Positions 9,998 through 19,932 of a stretch of 64,000 bases of DNA are shown in pieces. The stretch is from Candidatus Poribacteria bacterium (GTDB lineage: Bacteria; Poribacteria; WGA-4E; WGA-3G). Below the pieces are notes generated by a model that saw only the letters and a list, made by a program, of their open reading frames with translations, was not told the origin of the DNA and searched no databases. The stretch is taken from positions 1 through 64,000 of the forward strand of contig CBDANF010000003.1 of assembly GCA_965197475.1 (NCBI GenBank), given 5' to 3'. The position numbers were made by a program, and so were the translations under genes. The first letter of the stretch is position 1, and every line of letters begins with the position of its first letter.

Positions 9998-11320
9998 TTA
10001 TACAAACAGTTCTTCAATGACAGTACCTTCATTGACGACCCGTATCGGACGACCAGAACGAGACATATTCTCTTCTTGATAGTCAATCCCCAGCGCAAAG
10101 CAGAGCGATGCAAATAGGTCCTGCACAGCAACCGGAGCGGAGACAACCTTTGTTCCATCTTCGTTTGTGCCACCAATGACTTGTCCACCCTGGGTACCGC
10201 CGCCTGCTATAACAGCTGACCAACCGTTCGGGTGGTGGTCGCGTCCATCGTCCATATTAATTTTCGGTGTTCGTCCGAATTCGCCAAGCCATAGGATGAT
10301 GGTTTCGTCAAGCAGATCACGTTCGCTCAGGTCTTTGATAAGCATTGCAAATGCTGGGTCAACAAGGTTCAGGAGTTCTTTCGTTCTTTCAAAGTTGTTT
10401 TCGTGCGTATCCCAACCATCAAGCGTGATTTCAACAAATTTAACGCCAGATTCAACAAGCCGTCTCGCCATCAAACAACCTTGTCCGAAACGGTTCATAC
10501 CGTAAGCTTCACGTACCTCAGCCGGTTCTTCCTTAAGTTCAAACGCTTTAACATTGGGTGAGTTAATGAGTTCGTCAGCCTTTTTGTAGATAGCTTCATG
10601 CGCTTCTGTCCCAAGTCCAGGACGTTTGGCGATGAAATCTTTCTCAAGGTTCTTAAGCATTTTGAGACGTTCGCGAAAACGGTGTGTATCCATCTGTGTG
10701 GGATACTTCAGATCATCAACCGGTTTCAACGGATTATTCACAACAAACGGATCGTGTGATGCGCCAAGGAACCCACCGGAGTATGTTGGCGAATTGATAT
10801 TCACACAACTTGGCAAGTGAGATGCGTCGTCATCAAGATAGTAAGAGGTCAATGAACCCAAAGTGGGGTGTCGGACTGCGCCGCCGGGTGCGTAGCCGGT
10901 ATGCAGTAAATATCGTGCGCGTTCATGGTTGCCTTCGCGAGATACCATTGAACGAATAACGGAAAGGTGATGCGCCTGTTCAGCAACAAAGGGGAGATGT
11001 TCGGAAAACTCAATACCTTTAACACTCGTAGGAATCGGCAAGAAAGGTCCGCTGTTTTTTACCGAAGGTTGTTTCGGGTCGAAAGTATCTAACTGACTCG
11101 GTCCGCCGCTCATAAACATTACGATACAGTGTTTCGCTCGCGGAATAACCTCTTCCAGCTGTGCGGCACCTGTCGTACCAAAATGTTGCATTGCAACGAG
11201 CCCCAGAAAACTACTTACCCCATATTTGAAAAAACTGCGCCGGGAAATCTCTTGGTGCCATAATTCAGGCGTATCATATTCGGGGATCCATAATCCTGAT
11301 CTCATTAATTTTTTATGCAT
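9998..11320 (-). CDS. DUF1501 domain protein (Tat-like N-terminus)
   Basis: SRRSFF, GGPSQLDTFDPK, FGQGCLMARRLVE, WDTH, GEFGRTP. Confidence 0.9.
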   Translation of the reverse strand: MHKKLMRSGLWIPEYDTPELWHQEISRRSFFKYGVSSFLGLVAMQHFGTTGAAQLEEVIPRAKHCIVMFMSGGPSQLDTFDPKQPSVKNSGPFLPIPTSVKGIEFSEHLPFVAEQAHHLSVIRSMVSREGNHERARYLLHTGYAPGGAVRHPTLGSLTSYYLDDDASHLPSCVNINSPTYSGGFLGASHDPFVVNNPLKPVDDLKYPTQMDTHRFRERLKMLKNLEKDFIAKRPGLGTEAHEAIYKKADELINSPNVKAFELKEEPAEVREAYGMNRFGQGCLMARRLVESGVKFVEITLDGWDTHENNFERTKELLNLVDPAFAMLIKDLSERDLLDETIILWLGEFGRTPKINMDDGRDHHPNGWSAVIAGGGTQGGQVIGGTNEDGTKVVSAPVAVQDLFASLCFALGIDYQEENMSRSGRPIRVVNEGTVIEELFV

Positions 11321-11615
11321 TCTCAACGCAAGTATCTATACTTGGGAATGCAACTCCTTATTTTGACCCGCTATGTGCATGAAAATAATATTTACACCTG
11401 CGGGATAGGTGCAAATTCTGACGCTGTTCATACAAAAGATTTTACTATTACGTATGCTGCTTCTTTAATGACTTCATAGTTCTGCAGGTGAACATTAATA
11501 ATATGATAACATACTTGCATTTCGAAAACAAGTTAAAAATAAGAATTTTGTGCTATGTTTTTGACATTGACCCTTCCCTCTTTCTTGTGGGAGGGCTTTC
11601 TAACCCCGATATATT

Positions 11616-12656
11616 AGACATTATAATGATTTAAATAACAGAAGTTTCATAACGCCAGGGTCTAAAGTTTAGTCGGAAGTTGTGTAAACCACAACAAGTT
11701 TCCATAACTAAATCACAAAACCCTTTCTTCCAATTCCTGAGTTTATCTTTGACAATGCGGCATCTTTTGACACCACTAATCGCATGTTCAACGCGTATGC
11801 GTATAGACGCTATCTTTCTATTGTTTTCTTTTTCTTCATTCGTCCGTTCTCTACCTCTCGGTTTTTTCTTCGGTTGAATGATGTTTATATCCGGGAGAAC
11901 GAAACCCTGAAAACCGGTATCTTGGGACAATGTGCTACCCTGTGGCACACAATAGCCCACCATATCGGCTATGTGTTTGTCAGGGTGTCTTCCTTCAAAA
12001 GAAGGTGTCAATAGGACGACTTTGCAGGTCTCATTGATAATCAGATTATTTTTCACTGTATGGCATTTCTTTTTACCACTATAATACGCCTTTTGAGTTG
12101 ACGGGTCTTTTGGGCGTCGTATCGGGCGTTCGGTGCTATCATGAAAAAAATGTTCTCCTTCTTGATTTTGAGTTGATACTTTTGATGGAGCACATATAGG
12201 GGCGGGGTCTGTTTCCCGAGATGGCAACTCTCCAAGTTCTGCTAATGCTTTGTTCAATATCGATAAAAGCAAGTGAATCCATCTATTAGCAAGAGGTTGA
12301 GACATGCCAAAGAGCGCACCGAATAGCACTTGTTTCGGTGCTTCACGAAGGTAAATCAGTATAAATAGCAACATATCTTCAGGTGTATCAAAACGACTAT
12401 TTTTATACGGTTTATATCTCCGTTTTTTGCGCGGTTTTCCTGCAAGGGTATGTGTTTGAACATACTCTAAAAAACATTTAGTAAAATAAGGTGATAGTTC
12501 AGTCCAATCTTCTAAGGTATATCCGGTGAGGGACAGGAGCGTATCAGGTTTGTCCCTTAGTTCTTGAAAACTTATCATGAGTTAGCCTCCTATTGTCCGA
12601 TTGTAATAAGTATAATAGAGACTAACCAAACGGACAACTAATTAGTTATAATGTCT
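11616..12656 (-). mobile_element. IS5-family (ISL2-like, DDE_Tnp_4) insertion sequence
   Basis: Perfect 11-bp TIR AGACATTATAA; 3-bp duplication ATT at 11613-15 and 12657-59; inserted in a REP-rich spacer. Confidence 0.85.
11631..12578 (-). CDS. Transposase (HTH + DDE_Tnp_4)
   Basis: DSTERPIRRP, YSGKKKCHTVK, DTGFQG, RIRVEHAI. Confidence 0.9.
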   Translation of the reverse strand: MISFQELRDKPDTLLSLTGYTLEDWTELSPYFTKCFLEYVQTHTLAGKPRKKRRYKPYKNSRFDTPEDMLLFILIYLREAPKQVLFGALFGMSQPLANRWIHLLLSILNKALAELGELPSRETDPAPICAPSKVSTQNQEGEHFFHDSTERPIRRPKDPSTQKAYYSGKKKCHTVKNNLIINETCKVVLLTPSFEGRHPDKHIADMVGYCVPQGSTLSQDTGFQGFVLPDINIIQPKKKPRGRERTNEEKENNRKIASIRIRVEHAISGVKRCRIVKDKLRNWKKGFCDLVMETCCGLHNFRLNFRPWRYETSVI

Positions 12657-12891
12657 ATTGTGTAGGTTGGGTAGAGCTTGCGAAACCCATAGGTGTCAAT
12701 TTAGTGTGCTATATGCAAAAAAAAAAAGATGTTGATTTGTGATGAAAGCAGCACCAGCGGTGCGGAATGTGTCCAGAAAACAGCCTCAAACAGTCTCTTG
12801 AACCCCAGCGGGGTGACAGTGTCTGACAACACGTACACATATACACCTTTCGCCCCTCTGGGGCTTAGATATCCAAAATATAGGTTTATTT

Positions 12892-13000
12892 TGTACTGCC
12901 ATCGGAAATTCGGGCCACTCTCTAAGACAAGATTATGGTATAATATCCATCTCCTTGAAAGGAGTATCCGATGGCGAAACGAAAACGAAGAAACTTCACC
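12892..13000 (+). mobile_element. IS3 left-end fragment (109 bp) abutting the right end of the full copy
   Basis: Near-identical to 40644-40752 and to the reverse complement of 14138-14246; ends in orfA codons MAKRKRRNFT. Confidence 0.9.
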
Positions 13001-13040
13001 TTGAAGTGCTACCGTTTATTCAGACCAAAATTTAGCAAAG

Positions 13041-13871
13041 TTAAGACAAGTTTTTTTGCTCAAATTCCACAGGTGTCAAATACCCTAACGCAGAGTGAGG
13101 GCGTTTGTGATTATACACTTGTGTAATAAAATGCCCAATGCGGGTTCTTGCTTCGTGGATGTCCTCATAGTCATTGAGATGAACTTCTTCTTCCTTGAGC
13201 GTGCGGATAAGTCTTTCAGCATATCCGTTCTCCCAAGGACACCCTCTCCGGGCGACTGAAATCTCAATCCCATGATGCCTAAGCAGTGAGATGGACGCAT
13301 TTGAAAGATATTGAACGCCTTGATCAGAATGATGGATCTCTGGGACACTTTGACATAATGCTGTCTCCAAGGGTTTCAACGTCAGAGATTGCGTCAAGTG
13401 TTGACTGATATGCCACCCTCTGATCATGCGAGTGAAGACATCCATGAGCAGACAAACATAGATAAAGTGTCCTTTGAGGCGGACGTAGGTAATATCGCCC
13501 ACCCAGACCTGATTACATCGGGAGACATCAAGGTTTTCAAGGCGATTGCTCCAGGGACGCACACCCGCAACGGATGTCGTGGTTTGACAGACACGCTTGA
13601 CAGAAACCGAGAGGTTGGCGGACTTCATCAATCGGGCAACACGTTTATACCCGATGGTGTATCCGTTACGCACCAACAAATGTGTGGGACGCCTATATCC
13701 GTATGTTGGATATAGCAAAGATAACGTCTCTATTTCATCCTGGAGGCCCGTTTCACACGGGGCCTGCTTGGAGTGATAATAGAGGTTGCTTCGGTTGAAA
13801 CCGAGTGTCTCACATATCTGCCGAACCGAAAAGTCTGTCCGTAATGCCGTAACCATTTCTCGCTGCTCCAT
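13041..13871 (-). CDS. IS3 transposase OrfB (rve DDE)
   Basis: YGYRR, WVGDITY, HHSDQG, ENGYAER. Confidence 0.95.
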   Translation of the reverse strand: MEQREMVTALRTDFSVRQICETLGFNRSNLYYHSKQAPCETGLQDEIETLSLLYPTYGYRRPTHLLVRNGYTIGYKRVARLMKSANLSVSVKRVCQTTTSVAGVRPWSNRLENLDVSRCNQVWVGDITYVRLKGHFIYVCLLMDVFTRMIRGWHISQHLTQSLTLKPLETALCQSVPEIHHSDQGVQYLSNASISLLRHHGIEISVARRGCPWENGYAERLIRTLKEEEVHLNDYEDIHEARTRIGHFITQVYNHKRPHSALGYLTPVEFEQKNLS

Positions 13872-13876
13872 CGAGG

Positions 13877-14167
13877 CTAACTCAAGTAAGTTGAGGCTTT
13901 TTTTTGGATGTCAAGTGCCAAGGTCAACCGCCCAACGAGTTGCTCAAGTTGGGCGATCCGCTCCGCAGAGGCATCAGACTGTTTATCAGCGGGTTCAAAG
14001 AGGGTCGCCGCTTTTTCAAGAAGCTGTCGCTTCCACTTTGAAAGTTGTTCATCGATGAGGTTATGTCGCCGACACACTTCTGCTTGGGAACTTTCAACGC
14101 TGAGAGCCTCAAGAACAACTTCGGCTTTAAACTCGGGGGTGAAGTTTCTTCGTTTTCGTTTCGCCAT
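13877..14167 (-). CDS. IS3 OrfA (HTH_Tnp_1)
   Basis: RRNFTPEFKAEVV HTH; A8G slippery run near the 3' end. Confidence 0.9.
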   Translation of the reverse strand: MAKRKRRNFTPEFKAEVVLEALSVESSQAEVCRRHNLIDEQLSKWKRQLLEKAATLFEPADKQSDASAERIAQLEQLVGRLTLALDIQKKASTYLS

Positions 14168-14246
14168 CGGATACTCCTTTCAAGGAGATGGATATTATAC
14201 CATAATCTTGTCTTAGAGAGTGGCCCGAATTTCCGGTGGCAGTACA

Positions 14247-14453
14247 ATTAGTTGGATATAAATAACCTGTTTCATCTTGAAACTTGATATAATCACCTAT
14301 TGTTACCTCTGTTTTATCTAACCAAAATTCGTTTTCTATCAGAATCATATTGTCTATGATTATAGGATCTATCAATATATTATTAGGGATACACCCCTGG
14401 CTAAATACAAATATTGATATTACTAATATAAACCATCTTTTCCATTTCAACAT
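14247..14453 (-). pseudogene. FGE-sulfatase (SUMF1/EgtB)-domain lipoprotein, truncated by IS3
   Basis: Lipobox-like FSQGC, then FWLDKTEVTIGDYIKF typical of FGE domain start; frame runs into IS3 end at 14246. Confidence 0.65.
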
Positions 14454-14522
14454 TTCGATATACTCCTTATATTTTTGGTGTGTTACTAACTATGAGTGCG
14501 GTTTTCCGGAATGAGTCTTGAA

Positions 14523-15134
14523 CTAAGATCCGTACAGCGGGAACTTTTCAGTTATCAGCATAAGCGGGTTTCCATTCGCGACGATTCTATAGGTTCGACT
14601 GAGAAAAGGTTCCCCTTCAAAATGCGCGATGCTACTTGGCATACCAGTTACCTGTTCAATACCCCACCAAAGTAAGTCACGGCGGGTTTCCAATTGACTG
14701 TGTTGCAAAAGGACACCCAACCCATTTATTCCCGCATCTAATCCGTCAACAACCGTTTGCGGCAAACGTTCATGGACGATTTGAGATACCGCGTAGACAT
14801 GGGTCTTCGGAGTCTGATTTTCTGTGGAGGGTGTCTGTAAAACGACTTCTCGTGCAATAATATTACCTCCTGTTGGAAGTTCAAGCCAGATATGTTCGTT
14901 GTGTAGTGTACGCCTTGCTTGGTACAGAAGTACAACCTGCACAGGTAAAAGTTTATACGCCTCAATGAAACGCGTGACGGTTCCGTCTGCAACCAATAAG
15001 GCACGTTGGAAAGGCGTTAATCGGGTAAGGTTGATATCCTTCAAACCTGCAGGTCTTTCGGATTGAGCGACAAAAAGTTCTTTTACACGTTTATTGACAA
15101 AAGTATCAAGGTTGGTAAGGGAGTTTATATTCAT
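14523..15134 (-). CDS. Chorismate pyruvate-lyase-like (DUF98) protein
   Basis: RALLVADGTVT, REVVL, SRTYRI, LITEKFP. Confidence 0.75.
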   Translation of the reverse strand: MNINSLTNLDTFVNKRVKELFVAQSERPAGLKDINLTRLTPFQRALLVADGTVTRFIEAYKLLPVQVVLLYQARRTLHNEHIWLELPTGGNIIAREVVLQTPSTENQTPKTHVYAVSQIVHERLPQTVVDGLDAGINGLGVLLQHSQLETRRDLLWWGIEQVTGMPSSIAHFEGEPFLSRTYRIVANGNPLMLITEKFPLYGS

Positions 15135-15702
15135 TATTTATTTTGCGAAAATTGCCCACAATACCCAAAATCCAAATGTGCCAAATTTTCTATATGTGCG
15201 CTTTGGATATACTTGGTAGCTTTAGGAATCAAACGATTTTCAATTTTTCTATCAAATATTGTGGCTGTTGTAATTTGGTGTGGCGATTTCTGGTTTCTGT
15301 TGTTCTTCATCGGAAATACTTGCTAAAGAAACAATAGGATATATGTATATAGGATACCTTAAACTAAGTGCGTCATGCAACTGGAAAGTGCGCTCTGTCA
15401 AAACCATGCTGCTCTTGTAGATTGTAACATTAAATTATACTGTTCGCACTTGTTTTTCTTTAGTTCAATGTCTATCAAAAATTAGACATGTTGAAGCCAA
15501 AAAGGTTCGTGATTGAGTTCACTCTCATTAGGATTTCAGAAATATCTGGTATCTTCTATTTATTCTAATTTCACACGCAAAGGCGACATATATGTTTAAT
15601 TTTCCATGTCCTGTAAATGTGCTTGTCAAAATTATAAGAGTATGTTAATATCTCTACATAGTTGATTGACCTTCATACATTAACATGAGTTTGATAATAG
15701 GG

Positions 15703-15957
15703 TACGGTTAGAAAACCGCACATAAGCGTCAATTTAGCGGGCTCCGCCTCTGTAGCACAAACTAAAAGTCTGTGCTACAACACGCCAGTGATTCAGACAA
15801 GCGCGCTTGCAAAGCGCACCGACATTGTGGGAGGGTGCCCATTCTTGTGGGAGGAAACCTTCTAAGCCGATTTGTTATCGGCGTTGAAAACGCCTCCCAC
15901 AAGAATATCTGGCACTAAATTGACATCTATAGTGCGGTTAGGAAAACCGCACCTACC
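15703..15957. repeat. REP cluster with nested 10-bp IR-bounded unit (15728-15924)
   Basis: GTGCGGTT..AACCGCAC, GTAGCACA..TGTGCTAC and GTGGGAG..CTCCCAC palindromes; GTCAATTTAG/CTAAATTGAC ends. Confidence 0.7.
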
Positions 15958-16060
15958 AGTGTGTAGGTTTTTGTGGGTAAAGTTCGCTGAAATGGTGAAT
16001 TATGTTCAACATTTACAATAAATCGAATTCACGTTATATTACGAAAATAAGGAGACGGAC

Positions 16061-16483
16061 ATGGCGGTATTTTTACATACACGGGTTCGCGTCAGCGATC
16101 TTGATAATTCCATTCAATGGTATTGTGACCATTTGGGGTTCAAAGTTCTGAGTCGGAGCGATAAATCCCCCGCAGGCAACCAAATCGTGCATCTGGAGCT
16201 TCCGGGTAACGCGCACACTTTGGAATTAACTTATTCCCCTGATTTTGATCTTCAGGTGCAGGAAGACCTGATGCATTTTGCTATTGGTGTCCAAGATATT
16301 GTCAAATTTTGCGACGGTTTGGAGAAAGCAGGATTGGAAATTTGGCCGGATGAATGGCGTAAGCAGTTTACTTCGGGTGGAATGAAGATGGCATTCATCA
16401 CGGACCCAGATGGCTATGAAGTTGAACTGCTGGAACGTAAAGATGCTTCAGGGGATCCGCTTGATGTCCTTGATAAATCTTAG
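16061..16483 (+). CDS. VOC family protein (lactoylglutathione lyase-like)
   Basis: LHTRVRVSDL, LELTY, HFAIGV, FITDPDGYEVEL. Confidence 0.9.
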   Translation: MAVFLHTRVRVSDLDNSIQWYCDHLGFKVLSRSDKSPAGNQIVHLELPGNAHTLELTYSPDFDLQVQEDLMHFAIGVQDIVKFCDGLEKAGLEIWPDEWRKQFTSGGMKMAFITDPDGYEVELLERKDASGDPLDVLDKS

Positions 16484-16604
16484 TACATATCGGGAACCTA
16501 TTAAAAGTTCTTTGACAGAACGGGTAGAGCAGAGGTGTAGACAACATTGGATTGCTATTGAGTTGCACCTTGCCCTACCAATTTGGTTTAAAAGGCAAAC
16601 GGTT

Positions 16605-17420
16605 TTAGACAAAAGGCCAGAACTGATTCCAAGCTGACATCCAATCTTCTGCGCGGCTTTCAACGGTGACAGGTCCTGTTATTTCAATGCCTGGTCGTCC
16701 TTTGAAATCTGCAAGTTTATCCACACTTGAGAGTTCAATTCTGATTGTTGTTGGCTGGGCAGGTATGTATGGACGAACCTTCGTTAAATCCGAGAGTGCG
16801 TCTTTGGCTGCTTGTTCTATCATCTCGCGAGCGCGTACGGGTGGGAGTTGTCTTGCACTAAATCGGCTGAGTCCTTTTTTAACCGCAACCGTTGGTAGTT
16901 CATCACCGAGCAGCTCTTTTGCTTCTCTACACACTGCCGTATCACCGGTGACAAGTGCAATGGGAACACCGTAATGTCCGTTGAGTGCAGCGTTTACGCC
17001 GGTTTCTCCAACAAGTTCATCGTTGAACCAAAGGTTTCGATATTGGACAGTAGAAATAGTATGGCACAATACACCGTCGGGGGTGCCGTTTCGAGCATGC
17101 ATCCCGATAAGCAAGCACGCGTCGCATCCATCTTTCCACATATCATCAAACCGTCCCCATCCGTGGTGTGCCACCCATTCACAATCGGGATGGATTTTAT
17201 CTGGGATAAGCGAATTAAATGTCCAACCTTTTCCTGCCCCGTGGCAATCGACAACGACGATCTCTGTAGCACCAGCGGCTTTGGCACCACGCACAGCGGC
17301 GTTAATCTCTTCTGTGTAGAGGTGTCTGCCCTCTTCAAACATCGCAGCCCCGCCATCAACCTGATCCCACACGACAATGCCGCTTACACCCTCCATATCA
17401 GACATGATCAATACTTGCAC
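16605..17420 (-). CDS. M55 D-aminopeptidase (DppA family)
   Basis: SDMEGVSG, VDCHG, IGMHA, LCHT, VGETGVNA. Confidence 0.9.
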   Translation of the reverse strand: MQVLIMSDMEGVSGIVVWDQVDGGAAMFEEGRHLYTEEINAAVRGAKAAGATEIVVVDCHGAGKGWTFNSLIPDKIHPDCEWVAHHGWGRFDDMWKDGCDACLLIGMHARNGTPDGVLCHTISTVQYRNLWFNDELVGETGVNAALNGHYGVPIALVTGDTAVCREAKELLGDELPTVAVKKGLSRFSARQLPPVRAREMIEQAAKDALSDLTKVRPYIPAQPTTIRIELSSVDKLADFKGRPGIEITGPVTVESRAEDWMSAWNQFWPFV

Positions 17421-17486
17421 AATACGATTCCTTTCTTTTCAAAGCTATGCTTTTTAGAAAAATCCGAAAATACGTGAACACCCTTT

Positions 17487-17513
17487 GTAGGTGCGGTTTC
17501 AAACCGCACCTAC
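17487..17513. repeat. GTAG-type REP palindrome
   Basis: Perfect hairpin GTAGGTGCGGTTT-C-AAACCGCACCTAC; relatives at 4741-4764, 9903-9926, 26836-26859. Confidence 0.75.
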
Positions 17514-17651
17514 TGAACGTAGAAAATTATGAGTATTATTTGAGTATAAATCAGTGGCTATAAATTTGCAAGCGTAAAATGGGATTGGTAAAATTAGGAT
17601 ACAGTCCAAGCGGTAAGCGACTTGTCTGTCCTACTGGCAGTAAGGATATAA

Positions 17652-19040
17652 ATGAGTACAACACGAGGTGATTTGACACAAGGCAGCCTTCTCCGCCATC
17701 TGTTACAGCTTGCAGTACCAATAACGCTTGGCTACATCCTCCAAGATGCATTCAACGTTGTTGATATGATTTTCGTTGGAAGATTAGGACCTGCCTCAAT
17801 AGCAGCTGTTGGTGTAAGTGGCAATTTGCTAAGGTTAATTGGCGTTTTCTCACTCGGCATCTCGACTGGTGCAGGGATTATGGTTGCACAGTACCTCGGC
17901 GCGAGAAATCTCGCGCAAGCCGGACACGTAGCAATGCAAGCGATCCTACTCGCTTTTTTCTTTGCTATCGGCATCGGTATTGTTGGTTACCCGTTGGCTG
18001 AATTCGGTTTGCGTGCTGTTAGAATAAAAGACCCGGAGGTGCTCAGACTCGGTACAACTTACATCCATATTATTCTTGTCGGCATCAGCACACTGTTTTT
18101 GTCAATGACGCTTGGGTCTATCTTCCGTGCTAGTGGTGATGCTGTCACTCCCATGATTGTTCTGATTTTTTCAACGTTGATTAACATTACCCTCGATCCG
18201 TTACTGATTTTTGGACTTTGGAAATTCCCAAAATTAGGAGTCGCAGGGTCAGCGTATGCAACACTCATCGGTAGGGGCGTAGGTGTGATTGTGCTCCTTT
18301 TTCTCTGTTTTAGTGGACACGCCCCAATATCGTTACGAAACGTACAATTCCGTGCTGACCTCGTCGAAATGCTTGACATTTTAAGGTTAGGGATTTATAG
18401 TTCTATGCAAGGATTCTGGCGACATTTATCTCGCCTCGGTTTTCTTTGGGTAATAGGTCCTTACGGCAAATATGCAGTTGCTGCCTATACGATTTGCATG
18501 CGGTTACGAATTCTGGTAATGAACCCTGGTTTTGGAATAGCCAACGCTGTTGCGCCTGTCGTGGGACAGAATTTAGGTGCGAACCAGATAGAGCGCGCTG
18601 AAAAATCGACGCGGATGGGAAATATATTAGGCACAACGGTTATGGCGGGTATCGGCGCGCTTTTCCTCATTTTTCCGCAGATGTTTATTCAAATTTTTAC
18701 CAATGATTCAGAAGTAATCAAAATTGGGTCCGTTTATCTTCAGTTTCTATCTCTCACATTTGGATTTATCGCTTTTTCTCTGGTGTTAGGGAAAGCACTT
18801 AACGGTGCAGGCGACACATTTTCACCGATGATTATTACCCTTGCTGCACAGATGGGAGTCGGTTTGGGGCTTGTTATTCTGTTGTCACATTTTATCGGAC
18901 TGGAAGGCGTTTGGATCGGTATTGCACTTTCAAATGTGGTGCAAGGTGCTGCCATGTGGCTTTGGTATCGTACCGGAAGATGGAAAACAATAATGCTTAT
19001 TAAAAATGGTAGTGAAAATTCTACCAGAAAGGTGGTTTGA
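17652..19040 (+). CDS. MATE family efflux transporter
   Basis: DLTQGS..LAVP, GDAVTPM, LGVAGSAYAT, GQNLGA; about 12 TM segments. Confidence 0.92.
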   Translation: MSTTRGDLTQGSLLRHLLQLAVPITLGYILQDAFNVVDMIFVGRLGPASIAAVGVSGNLLRLIGVFSLGISTGAGIMVAQYLGARNLAQAGHVAMQAILLAFFFAIGIGIVGYPLAEFGLRAVRIKDPEVLRLGTTYIHIILVGISTLFLSMTLGSIFRASGDAVTPMIVLIFSTLINITLDPLLIFGLWKFPKLGVAGSAYATLIGRGVGVIVLLFLCFSGHAPISLRNVQFRADLVEMLDILRLGIYSSMQGFWRHLSRLGFLWVIGPYGKYAVAAYTICMRLRILVMNPGFGIANAVAPVVGQNLGANQIERAEKSTRMGNILGTTVMAGIGALFLIFPQMFIQIFTNDSEVIKIGSVYLQFLSLTFGFIAFSLVLGKALNGAGDTFSPMIITLAAQMGVGLGLVILLSHFIGLEGVWIGIALSNVVQGAAMWLWYRTGRWKTIMLIKNGSENSTRKVV

Positions 19041-19042
19041 AA

Positions 19043-19876
19043 ATGGCGTACAAAGGTTATGAGAATCCGCAACTGGTAATTTCAGTTGAGGAATTGAAAA
19101 ACAGCCTTGACGATGAAACGTTTTGCATCGTTGATACACGTCCGACACATGAATATATCCGCGGACATATTCCAGGAGCACTTCATCTGGATCTGTTTGG
19201 GTTGAGTCTCATCAACACGCGCAAAGAGACTTTTGATACTTTTATGTGGATGATCGCTTACCTGTTCCAACAACGAGGTCTTCATCCAGCTAAAACAATT
19301 ATTTGGTATGAGGACATTTCAGGAACACACGCCTCTCGAGGATTGTGGTTTTGCGAGTATTTAGGTCATTCTAATACAAAATTGCTGGATGGAGGTTTCA
19401 AAGCATGGTTAGCAGCAGACGGACCAGTCAGTACAGATGGTGTTGAACCTCCTGAAGTACCACAATTCCCAGTTGAAGCAGCACACGATACGCACATGGA
19501 TGCTGACGTGATTCATGCCCTACTAAACCGAGACGATTTCGTCCCCCTGGACACGCGTACGGATGATGAACATTACGGTAGAGTCGCTCGCGCAGAACGC
19601 GCAGGTGCAATTCCCGGTTCTATCCACATTGAGTGGCTCAATAATCTCGATGAAACTGGTGCGTTCAAACCAGCTGCTGAACTTAGAGAAATGTATGAAG
19701 CAGTTGGAATCACACCGGAAAAACAGGTAATGTGCTACTGACAGGGCGGATACCGCTCTTCCCAAACCTATTTGGCACTGCGGCTTATCGGTTATCCGAA
19801 AGTAAGCAACTACATTGGGTCATGGAAAGAGTGGGGAGACCGGCTGGATTTGCCGGTTGAAATTCCTGAGGAATAG
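19043..19876 (+). CDS. Two-domain sulfurtransferase (SseA/TST rhodanese) with in-frame TGA at the catalytic position; probable selenoprotein
   Basis: [23 protein letters not shown] at 19739-41 is followed in frame by [32 protein letters not shown]...PEE-TAG (19874-76). Confidence 0.85.
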
Positions 19877-19932
19877 CGATTTATAGTAATATCTAAAATA
19901 TGTAAACACACCGACATGGATAAATGGCGCGG

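Larger units (their letters stand above)
13002..14246 (-). mobile_element. IS3-family element, copy 1 (1245 bp)
   Basis: TG...CA ends with imperfect IRs (TGTACTGCCACCG / TGAAGTGCTACCG); orfA+orfB; near-identical to 40644-41888. Confidence 0.95.
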
